From contig JANMPT010000025.1 in assembly GCA_031370005.1 (NCBI GenBank), forward strand, positions 94,068 to 158,067: a DNA stretch of 64,000 nucleotides. The letters are read 5' to 3'. This stretch comes from Bdellovibrionales bacterium (GTDB taxonomy: Bacteria > Bdellovibrionota > Bdellovibrionia > Bdellovibrionales > Bdellovibrionaceae). Below the pieces are notes generated by a model that was not told the DNA's origin, did not search any database, and saw only the letters and a list, made by a program, of their open reading frames with translations. The stretch's first letter is position 1. Every line of letters begins with the position of its first letter. The position numbers and the translations under genes are program-made. Shown here in pieces: positions 52,629 through 61,516 of this stretch.

Positions 52629-52656
52629 TGGTAGGAGTTGGTAGGGTTTTGGTAGG
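52629..52656 (+). repeat. Three direct TGGTAGG repeats at 10-11 bp spacing (possible integrase arm-type sites)
   Basis: Copies start at 52629, 52639 and 52650. Confidence 0.6.
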
Positions 52657-52954
52657 ACTGTAAAATCGACTGAACCTTAATGACCAAAGCCTTATAAAAA
52701 ATGAAATTTAAAACGATCAAATCAAAAAGTTAAAAATAAATCTGCATCCGTAACTTCGGTTTTAAAAGCCGAAAAGGATGTTCTATGGAAATCGCAAAAT
52801 TTGTATCGTTCGTTGTTAGGCTTGGGCTGTTGCTGGCTGGATATTAAAGCGAGCTTTTGCGAGCAGTAAAAAACAGCTTCCCCGCGAAATCCCGATAAAA
52901 AATTATTTTTGCAAAATTTAAAATATTTTTTGTGGGAACACGGCGGGGAAAGAA

Positions 52955-52983
52955 AAAAATCCGCTTTTTTAGAGCGGATTTTT
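52955..52983. terminator. Probable bidirectional terminator
   Basis: AAAAATCCGCT-N7-AGCGGATTTTT. Confidence 0.55.
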
Positions 52984-53147
52984 GGTAACTAAATTTTTTC
53001 AGAATGAAGTGTATATGGACAAATTGTTATTTACAGTCACGGGCCCCGGGAATGTCTGGAGGCAACTAGCCATCGGATCCGTTGAGTTAAAGAGGACCCT
53101 GGTTCAGGTGTTGATATCATCATCTACATCTTTTTAACGGTATCCTC

Positions 53148-53980
53148 TTACTTAACCTCGAAATTGACGTCGGTGTTGGTGTTTAATTGAAATTGTGTCA
53201 GGCTTCCATTTTCACATGCGCCAAAAGCGCGAACCTTGTTAGACTGAGGAGCTGCTTCAGGAGCCGGGTTTAGGGTCGCGGTGCGAACCATTCCTTTTTT
53301 TGTACGGATTGTGACGGTGAAGGCTGAAGCCAACTCGCCAAGAGGCGTCGCGCATTTTGTTGATCCTCGGCCCTTGTTAATTGAACGGATCTAAGATCGT
53401 TGTAGATCCCGCCGCCGATAAGGCCACGCGTGCTCAGTTCTTGAAGCGTTCCATCTTTAGCGCGAAGATTAACCTTTGGTGACACATCAATGACTGTTCC
53501 GTATTAGCGCGCCCCACGCCGTGGAGCACCCGCTGGCTCTTGGCTCATCGTTGATTCAATTGGCAAAGGTGAATGTTCATCCATATAAAGTGAAAATTCA
53601 CCTGAAATAGCGCCATCACAGTTACCAGAGACTAGAACTCGTGCTTCGCGAGTGGACGCTTTGAAGTTGAAAGTAACTATTTCGTTTTCATCTGTTTTAA
53701 CTACAATTTTATAGTCGGACGCAAGTTCCCCGATCATCATACTGCATGTTAAATACTTTACGGGCTTACTTATAGAAACAAACCTCTCGTACGACTCATT
53801 TGTGACAGATCCTGCTATCATGTCTGAAACGTCAAATGTTCGGACGGAACCATCCCAATATTTTACCGAAACCTGTTGTGAAGCAGATTGGATTGAGCCG
53901 CCATAGGAATTTTTAAGTTCTTCAGCCTGTGTGACAAGAGAAAGCGACGTTATCAGTACGCATACCAAAAGCGATTTCAT
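53148..53980 (-). pseudogene. Disrupted secreted protein made of two tandem homologous domains
   Basis: Signal peptide; in-frame TAA at 53504-53506; frameshift near 53380; the second half resembles the first. Confidence 0.65.
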
Positions 53981-54276
53981 AGATTACTCCCTTATTATTA
54001 ATTCATGCACAATAGGCTCAAAGCTAGTGCAAGTAAATGTTCTAGTTTTTAACCTAAAAAAAATACCAGGTCAAAACCTAGTCCATTTAATACCCAGGTC
54101 CCATATAATTGAATATAGCTTTAGAAGCTCTATAGTGGGGATGCAATCCATTTTTTTAGTGTAAATAATTTTGATTCAACAAATTTATTTACTAAAATCT
54201 AGTCCCTACACACTTGCACGATAAGGATCGCTTACTGAATCGTCAGAAAAGCGATCCTAAGCGATTTCAATAAGGG

Positions 54277-54384
54277 TTAGTTAGTACGATCGCTTCCACC
54301 ACCAGTTTTGTCTATTTTAGTAAGCTCATGACGTTCATTTAGAAAGAAATGCTTAGCGTGTGCTCTTTCCTTTTTATCACTCAT
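54277..54384 (-). pseudogene. 35-codon remnant of the ATPase partner gene (probably an S8 protease N-terminus)
   Basis: ATGA overlap with the ATPase stop; MSDKKERAHAKHFFLNERHELTKIDKTGGGSDRTN*. Confidence 0.5.
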
Positions 54385-55292
54385 CCCATTCCCGCTTTAG
54401 AGTCGTCTAAAATCTTTTGCCTTACCTCGTTAATAACCACACGTTCAACATCAGCGAAAGAATTCACTTTTCTTAGGCTTTCAAGTGTTTTCCTTGGTAT
54501 TTTAACACCGTACCGAGTGGCCAGCTTTGAACAAAATAATTTTCGTTCCTTAAGAGTCGGCTTAGAAAATTTAACAACTAAATCAAATCTGCGCGTAACA
54601 GCAGAGTCGATGGAGTTTGGTAAATTTGATGTACAGATTAGTAGACCCAGCGGCTGAACCAACTCGAGCTGCTGCATAAGAGAAATCACAACGCGATCTA
54701 GCTCTGCAATATCTCTTGAGGTTCCCCTGGATGTTGATATTGCATCTATCTCATCAATTAAAACTACGGATGGCGTTCGTTGAATAAAATCAAAAATTGA
54801 TCTTAAGTTTTGAGATGTTTGTCCTAAATATGAACCAATCATAGCGTCAAATCTAAGAATAAAAACTGGCAACCCCAGTTGTCGCCCCAACCCCTTTGCC
54901 GTTGCACTTTTTCCACAGCCAGGAGGGCCAACAAAAAGCATTTTATTTCTATTATTTAAACCAGCCTTTTTTATCTCCCATCGCGCAATGTACTCTTCCA
55001 TAATGGTCAAAAGCTCTTTTCGGTTGTCATCACTCAGTTCGATTTGATCTATAGAATTTAAATCAGAAATCTGCGTAAGGGCTTGTCTTAGCATTTCGTC
55101 GTTTTTTATGACTTCCATAGTGCGCATCTGCGGGGAAGGATTTGCTAGAGCACCTCTTAGAAGTTGTTGGGCAGCATGACGGCCTTTTTTTCCTTCCTTG
55201 TCAGCAATAGACATAGCTATAGATCTGGTACCAGACGTGTCATTGTCAGCGATTGCATTGAAAAGTTGAAGAAGGTCGTTCGTTGTGGCCAT
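54381..55292 (-). CDS. AAA+ ATPase, IetA-like
   Basis: GPPGCGKS, IGSYLGQT, LIDEIDAI and DSAVTRRFD motifs; N-terminal A..IA..E..KGRH..A pattern. Confidence 0.8.
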   Translation of the reverse strand: MATTNDLLQLFNAIADNDTSGTRSIAMSIADKEGKKGRHAAQQLLRGALANPSPQMRTMEVIKNDEMLRQALTQISDLNSIDQIELSDDNRKELLTIMEEYIARWEIKKAGLNNRNKMLFVGPPGCGKSATAKGLGRQLGLPVFILRFDAMIGSYLGQTSQNLRSIFDFIQRTPSVVLIDEIDAISTSRGTSRDIAELDRVVISLMQQLELVQPLGLLICTSNLPNSIDSAVTRRFDLVVKFSKPTLKERKLFCSKLATRYGVKIPRKTLESLRKVNSFADVERVVINEVRQKILDDSKAGMG

Positions 55293-55936
55293 TTATGAGA
55301 ATATTATTCCTGATTTCAATTAGTTACAACGATTTTATAAATTTGCTAACTCTCTGAAATCTTTTAGCTTTGTAAGCCCACTCAAAATATTGAAAACGCG
55401 CAGAATCGACTCTAATTAATCCGCTCATCAGATAGGCACGTTTTCCTAAGCAAATAGGTGCTACGAAAAATATCTAGCAACAACAAAGGTACTGGCCAGT
55501 GCTATTAAAAAGAATGCCCTTACAATGCTAAATTTCTCTCTTTTTAACACATAGACAAAATCTTCAAATTCAATATTTTTAATATTTGAAGAGAACCCGT
55601 GGAGATGGAGCGATTTGGTCTTCTCGATCATTGCCATCGAGATAGCCCTTTCTAACCTGATAGCCAGCCCATCGAATATAAAGAGAACACAAAGAAAATT
55701 TTCATGTCTTTTATTAAACAAAAAATAAGCCCAAATTATGCAGGACGTATTATCACACTTTTAAATCGCTGGAGAAAGTTTGTCTCTTTTAGTTTTGATA
55801 TTCCACTTGAAATCGCGATTAAAGACTCCTGCGCAGCATCCTCCATGTCTTCAGCACGGCAATGCCTTGTGGGCATCCTTGCAATGTTTTTGTTTCCAAC
55901 CGGGCTGGTCGATCAGAATGGCTTCGTATTTCACAC

Positions 55937-57706
55937 TCAGGACTTTTTAATTTCAAATGTAACAAATGGCACCAGAGCTTTTGGGAGAATCTTCACGTTA
56001 AGACTTGCTGCACGAGCTCTGACATGTGGTTCCTCATAGAGTGAGGTCACAAGAATCGCATGAGGCCCGATGCTAGTACGTTCAATTATATCAAGACCAT
56101 TACCCGCCTGGCCTAGGAATTCATAGCCGACGAAATACAACGCCACTGATGTTTTATTGTCTGAGCGACTCGTCGCAACCCAAGCTTCAAACTGCTCCAA
56201 GGACGAGAACGTCAAATGCTTGTTGCCCGATTCAACCGCGCCGGACGAGGCCAGCCGCCCAGCACAGATCTGGTGAATTGTTTGGTCATCATCGGCAGAA
56301 ACGAAAGCCATTCCGGGTTGCAAAATGATCTTATCAACGAACCACGATGGCGTCGCGACACGCGGCAATGATATTGTGATCATTGTACCGACTCCGACCT
56401 GCGACTGAATCCCAAATTTACCACCCGCTTTTTTGATGGCTTCCCGGGCATGAAATACACCGAGTCCTGAGCCACTCTGCGTACCCTCTTTCCCATGCGT
56501 TACTCCACGCTCACCAAGGCGAGCCAGTATATCGGGTGGAATCCCTTTCCCGTTATCGCTAATTATAACGGCGACACTCTCAGCGTAACCCCTGATCGAG
56601 ATTGTTACCAGACCAGGTCCGATGAGCGCTTCGATTGAGTTATTCACAAGATTTGAAATAACTCGAGCAAACTCCGGTGCGCAAATATGCGCGAAGAGAC
56701 CATAGCCCTGACTCAGATCACCTTGCACTTCAATCTCCATTCGTTCTCTGAATTGCACCCGCTTTTCGCTGACAATTGAGTCGAGAAGTGAAACGAGCAT
56801 GACCGATTCTGTCGCCGCCAATGCTTGGGTTGTGGACTGCTGTTCTTTTGTAGGTCGGCCCTTTTGCAAAAGCTGATTCGCGATATCATTAATACGCTGA
56901 GTGGCGTTGCGAATGATGAGCCATTTTTCTTCTGGAAGGCCCTGAAGAGTTCCAGTGATCATATTTAGCGCCGAAAGGGGCGATCGTATATCGTGAGAGA
57001 CCTGGACAGCCATCGAACTCAATGCACTTTGAATCTTCGACTGCTCCAGTTCTTTTTCAACTCGACGAAACTCAATCGCTATGTGCTTGATCCCGCCAAG
57101 CATGGGTGCCCACAGAAGCTTTGTCAGATTGCTTGGTTCCTCTTCACGCCCAAACGCCAGGAGTCCCTCGAAATAGCGGGAGATACCCGTGCCACTTCGC
57201 CAAACAAAGGCAAAGAACAAGACGACGCCGAGTAAGGACACCGCACTGGCCGCAAGCGAATGGATAACCACATTCGCCTGAAGACTCCACAATATCTGGT
57301 TCAAATCGTGATAAGAAGTCAGATACGATATTGATCCCCAACGTTCACCGCCGGGACTAAAATAAACAGGTATCACTGAAAGCAAAAAGTCTGAATTGGC
57401 CTTCAAAGTAGCAAACTCGTTACTTTCCTCTAAAAGCTGATTGCCCTTTTGGATCGAGTATTCAGAAAAGAGCGCTTCCTCGCGTAGAGAGCTGAGGCGC
57501 CCTCTGACTAGCCGAATGTGCTCCATGAGTAGATCATCATGCAAACTGCTGGTTATCTGATTGAGATAGACTTGAGTTCGATGCGCAAATATCGACGAAG
57601 CTTCACTAGCCAAAGTAGAATTTCGTGCTGACGAAACAAAGAATGACGTCAAAAACGTAATTATGGCAATTGTGACTGATACCAACCAAAGTGATGATTT
57701 TTTCAT
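55937..57706 (-). CDS. Membrane sensor histidine kinase with a degenerate C-terminal receiver domain
   Basis: Two TM helices with a periplasmic loop; SHDIRSPL H-box, NLVNNSIEA N-box, DNGKGI, GSGLG; receiver-like ADDD, LVTS and ILPK. Confidence 0.9.
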   Translation of the reverse strand: MKKSSLWLVSVTIAIITFLTSFFVSSARNSTLASEASSIFAHRTQVYLNQITSSLHDDLLMEHIRLVRGRLSSLREEALFSEYSIQKGNQLLEESNEFATLKANSDFLLSVIPVYFSPGGERWGSISYLTSYHDLNQILWSLQANVVIHSLAASAVSLLGVVLFFAFVWRSGTGISRYFEGLLAFGREEEPSNLTKLLWAPMLGGIKHIAIEFRRVEKELEQSKIQSALSSMAVQVSHDIRSPLSALNMITGTLQGLPEEKWLIIRNATQRINDIANQLLQKGRPTKEQQSTTQALAATESVMLVSLLDSIVSEKRVQFRERMEIEVQGDLSQGYGLFAHICAPEFARVISNLVNNSIEALIGPGLVTISIRGYAESVAVIISDNGKGIPPDILARLGERGVTHGKEGTQSGSGLGVFHAREAIKKAGGKFGIQSQVGVGTMITISLPRVATPSWFVDKIILQPGMAFVSADDDQTIHQICAGRLASSGAVESGNKHLTFSSLEQFEAWVATSRSDNKTSVALYFVGYEFLGQAGNGLDIIERTSIGPHAILVTSLYEEPHVRARAASLNVKILPKALVPFVTFEIKKS

Positions 57707-58632
57707 GGCAATGGATGTATCGATGTATTCATGGTTGTTAAGGGCCCCACTGCATACTGCCCGACCCTTTTATGATTGATCCGGTCACCCACGCTCGGCC
57801 CAGCAAAGTAGGGCTGAATGTTCTCGCTCTGGGCACTGACGATAAATAGTGGCCATGGCATTGCAATATGCGACTGCCAATCTTTTATTTCAATAGCCGG
57901 CGTGGTTGGCTCAATAAATGGGGTACTAGAGTTGAACAGCCACCCAACTTCAGCAAGGTGCTTTGGATTAAGGTAAAAGTCACGATGATCGCCAGGTTCT
58001 CGAACGTCACACTCCTGCATTTCTAAATTGCACTTCTCTGGATTTGTTGAAACGTAGGTATAGTTGCGGCGTTGATTCAAAATAACCCCTTCGACGGCCG
58101 ACAAAAAGTCAGTACTCGCCGATGATGCGTATACAAAGCCGAAGCCTCCCGGGCGGACCGTAGGTCGGAGCACAGAGACAACAACAAAGATGTCGCCAAC
58201 TTTCGCTTGTAGACCAATCAGACACTCAAGTCCAGCCCCTGAGAATTTCTTAACAGCCAGTTGCATCGAATCAGTAGGTTGTAGACTCTCAAGTGGCAAC
58301 CAGAGAGGAGATCGCTTTGTCAGCCAACACCCCATAACAACGTCTCGTTCAATCAATTCCGCAACCGCTGCATTCTTCGCCAGCCCCTGAGTGAGATGAG
58401 CGGCGAATCCATTTGAGCTGTGGATCGAATTCTTTTTCCCTTCGAGCAGATGGATTGACCTCTCAAAAAACTCGCTTATCGCCTTTCTAAGGGCATTCTC
58501 GCTGGAATTCCCAGAACCGAAACCGCGAATCTCCGAGCCATCCTCAAGGGAATGGTATACGCGAAAATGGTGAACGTCTGAGCCGAGCGGATCGATGAAA
58601 GTCTCTACGTTTACAAGCGAAAAATCGATCAT
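57703..58632 (-). CDS. Stand-alone YcaO-family protein
   Basis: GFGSG..KAISEFFER, SSNGFAAH and AELIERD motifs; Pro-rich C-terminus IHPLP. Confidence 0.82.
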   Translation of the reverse strand: MIDFSLVNVETFIDPLGSDVHHFRVYHSLEDGSEIRGFGSGNSSENALRKAISEFFERSIHLLEGKKNSIHSSNGFAAHLTQGLAKNAAVAELIERDVVMGCWLTKRSPLWLPLESLQPTDSMQLAVKKFSGAGLECLIGLQAKVGDIFVVVSVLRPTVRPGGFGFVYASSASTDFLSAVEGVILNQRRNYTYVSTNPEKCNLEMQECDVREPGDHRDFYLNPKHLAEVGWLFNSSTPFIEPTTPAIEIKDWQSHIAMPWPLFIVSAQSENIQPYFAGPSVGDRINHKRVGQYAVGPLTTMNTSIHPLP

Positions 58633-60170
58633 TGCCTCGGCCCAACTCCCAATTCGGCCGGCTGAATTTTCCAGAACCGAACATCCGGGTAGAGATTAGA
58701 CCAACCCGAATAATCCCAAGACTTTGAGGCAAGCAAAATGTTTTTACGATAGGCAATAGGGATTACGCCAACATTTTCTAGAAGGTCTAAACCGATTTTC
58801 TTGAGTATGGTGTGCTTGGTGTCGGGGCTCTGCATTTGTCGCGCTCGCACCAATAGTTCCTGATACTGATGTAAGTCTTGACCGACAGCAATAAGCGGTC
58901 GTGAGCTACTAAATGTTACTGAGAGGTTTTCGAGGACATCGAAAGAACTAAAGTCATTATTGATTTGCATCAGGTCGAATTGCCCTGCCTTCATCTTTGT
59001 CTCAAACTCACCAATATCCTGATAGACGTCCAAATGTATTTCGACACCCTCCTTGGTAAGAGCATCCACGATTGCTTGAGTAAATGGGAATCGGGAAGAA
59101 ACCAAAAATCGAATTGTAGACATCCTATTCCCGGCACCATCCTGGATTCGAAGAAAAACCGCATTCAACTCTTGTTCAGTTGGTCGACCGAATCCGTCAT
59201 TCAAAAAGATCTGCCGCGCGCGACTCCAATAGGGCTGGTAAGCATCGAAATCAATCTTGATATCACTGAGCTTCGCCGCCAACCACTGCCTTGCCTTAAC
59301 ATCTTGGAATTGTAGGGAAGTAAAATTGGGGGCAAGCCAGAATGTATACCCGACATGGGTATCAATGGCCTGAATGTTGGCATTTTTTTTCATTTCGGAA
59401 AAGTTCGCCGGGGTAACACCATTCATCGGAATAATAATGTCAGCTCTTCCCGATTTAAGACGCTCGAACTGATCTTCTACACTCTTGGCCCCAGTTAGAC
59501 GAATTTGCTCGGGAGCGGAACCTTTAGCGAAGGGAAAGTATGGGTTCTTGAGCAAAACAATCTCTTCCGGTAAGGAACTTAAAATCGAATACGCGCCTGC
59601 GGTCACGCTCAGATCAGGAGCGCTATCATTACCGAGACTTGGCCTAAGAGGGCCAAACTCTGGATGAACGAGTTGGGTTAAGAAACCGGGATTGGATTCT
59701 TTAAGACGAATAATGAGTGTGTTTGCTTTAGTCTCAACTGATAGAATAGTCCGAAAGTCAAAGTGGGTCGTGGAGCCGACTTTCATTTGCGCTTGAATTC
59801 CTCGCGCTATCTCGTCAACGCCGATGGACTCACCATTCGACCACCGAGCATTCTTCGCAATTTGAAAAGTGTATTTTGAAAATGAGTCTTCAATTTGCCA
59901 AGACTCAGCGAGATCACCCTCGATTTGGGCTTCACGGTTAAGATGCACGAGTGGTCGAATGAGGTGCGCCATAATTAAATACTGAGTGGCGGATCTCACT
60001 TCCCGATGATTAAGCTGGGAAGGAAGTTCGGTCGCCAGAACAACCGCAAGTGAAGAATGAAGAGGAGTCTTTTTTTTCGCCGATACTGACATAGTTATCC
60101 ATCCAATCGTGGCCAAGAACCCTGCTGCAATGACCCCTATCCAAATTTTGAAATTTCTAAATTTCATCAT
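58629..60170 (-). CDS. Orphan family-5 (OppA/DppA-like) substrate-binding protein with an N-terminal membrane anchor
   Basis: GDLAESWQI..YTF..A.WSNGE..I, TAGAY and L.KNPYF motifs; no permease or ATPase nearby. Confidence 0.85.
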   Translation of the reverse strand: MMKFRNFKIWIGVIAAGFLATIGWITMSVSAKKKTPLHSSLAVVLATELPSQLNHREVRSATQYLIMAHLIRPLVHLNREAQIEGDLAESWQIEDSFSKYTFQIAKNARWSNGESIGVDEIARGIQAQMKVGSTTHFDFRTILSVETKANTLIIRLKESNPGFLTQLVHPEFGPLRPSLGNDSAPDLSVTAGAYSILSSLPEEIVLLKNPYFPFAKGSAPEQIRLTGAKSVEDQFERLKSGRADIIIPMNGVTPANFSEMKKNANIQAIDTHVGYTFWLAPNFTSLQFQDVKARQWLAAKLSDIKIDFDAYQPYWSRARQIFLNDGFGRPTEQELNAVFLRIQDGAGNRMSTIRFLVSSRFPFTQAIVDALTKEGVEIHLDVYQDIGEFETKMKAGQFDLMQINNDFSSFDVLENLSVTFSSSRPLIAVGQDLHQYQELLVRARQMQSPDTKHTILKKIGLDLLENVGVIPIAYRKNILLASKSWDYSGWSNLYPDVRFWKIQPAELGVGPRQ

Positions 60171-60193
60171 TGCGGTGCCTCGCGAGCCCCACA

Positions 60194-60555
60194 TTAGGGA
60201 CGAAATATTTCCGTGTCATTTCCTGACAACATTTCCCGCTTGATCGCGCGATTCATCATAGAACTCAAAATCTGATTAGTTTCAGGATGCAATAATTGAG
60301 ATTCCTTAGCGAGTGACTCATTCACAATTTGCACGACAGCTGCCTGTTTCTGAGTCAGCAACGTCTGGTTTGCAATGATCGCTTTCACATTCGGATAAAC
60401 CGCGATCTTGCCGGAAAGGTAGAGGTCATTAATAACCTTTGCTGCCTCTGTATCTGAGATCACCAAGTCATCAATGGAAACGGTGGCGCAGCTCGACCAT
60501 TCGTACAAACAAGCAATAAAGACAAAATAGCGGCATTGGACACATTGTGATTCAT
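60194..60555 (-). pseudogene. Small secreted protein / putative peptide precursor, frameshifted after its signal peptide
   Basis: GGAGGG RBS and ATG at 60555 give MNHNVSNAAILSLLLVCTNGRAA; the body (TVSIDDL...REMLSGNDTEIFRP) is in another frame. Confidence 0.6.
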
Positions 60556-60994
60556 AGACCCTCCAGAAAAGAATTTATTAGCATGAAGTATTTAAAAAAG
60601 TTCAAATTCAACTCAAGGTTTGTTAAACAATGTGGGCTTTAAACCACACCCTCGGAGGCGGCGCAACAAAATTAGGCAACGCCAAGCTTTTTCCCAGTGG
60701 AGGAGCCGGTATAAAAATGACCGGGTATCATCTCACGATCACGATCAGCGCGAGATCCTTCAAAATCACTTGCGGCGTCAACCTGATGGAGAAAGAATTT
60801 TCAATGCATATCCTTTCACTACATTTCGAAAGCAGGGTTCGAGAAAATTAAGAAATATTTTCAGACTCGAAAAAAGAGTTGTCGTCCTCAAGAACCACTA
60901 TTAATTGCCCTACAGGGACCAGATGAACATTAACCTGTAAAAAGCCCTTAAAAACTGTAAATAACCTCTGCCACTTCCGAAGATCGATTTTGAG

Positions 60995-61372
60995 GTGCCG
61001 TCAAAACGGCACGTTTACTTGCGCAATATAGAACTTGGTCGCCAAAGTGCCCTGAGCCAGAAATACTTCTGCACGTCTTTTTACTTTCAAAGAAAGCTGC
61101 GCGACTTATTACTTTCTTTCTTACCCTATGAGTGTTGGCTCTCAAACTACCAACGCAAAAAGGCGTTCCGCTCGAGACTTCTGGGCTTCGTATTTAAACT
61201 CGAGTATTCGTTGTTATACGTTATCATCCATGTCATTTGCCGACTCTCACGCTTGAGATAAAAAACATCTCCCAGACAACCTCCTTTAAAATCAAGAAAT
61301 TTTTAGCGCCCAATCCAGGGACTATTGGTATGCTATTGCCTCGCGCAAGTAGCCGTGCCGTTTTGACGGCAC
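60995..61372. repeat. 30-bp inverted repeat pair (60995-61024 and 61343-61372), each with a GTGCCG/CGGCAC hairpin; REP/MITE-like
   Basis: GTGCCGTCAAAACGGCACGTTTACTTGCGC matches the reverse complement of the second copy at 28 of 30 positions. Confidence 0.85.
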
Positions 61373-61516
61373 TCTTCTACGGGGCGCGTTTTTTATTTTC
61401 TGGACGCAATCTTTAAAGCTCATTTCTTTCACCGGCTATTGTGGGCTCCGTTTTTTATCCAGTTTTCTTCCAGTGCAGATCTGAAGGAGAAATGATTCGC
61501 CCAAGTAAAAATAAAT

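Noticed and set aside
52450..52644. 64-aa ORF MVERHPYKVDVAGSNP...
   Set aside because: It is a translation of the tRNA-Val gene
52785..52847. 20-aa hydrophobic ORF MEIAKFVSFVVRLGLLLAGY
   Set aside because: Too short with a weak RBS; probably a remnant that cannot be assigned
55461..56044. Short ORFs between the kinase and the AAA ATPase
   Set aside because: No motifs or clear RBS; they overlap or are antisense to the kinase, and look like debris
60995..61372. CRISPR or integron attC interpretation of the 30-bp repeats
   Set aside because: Only two copies, inverted rather than direct; no cas or intI gene; no RYYYAAC/GTTRRRY ends
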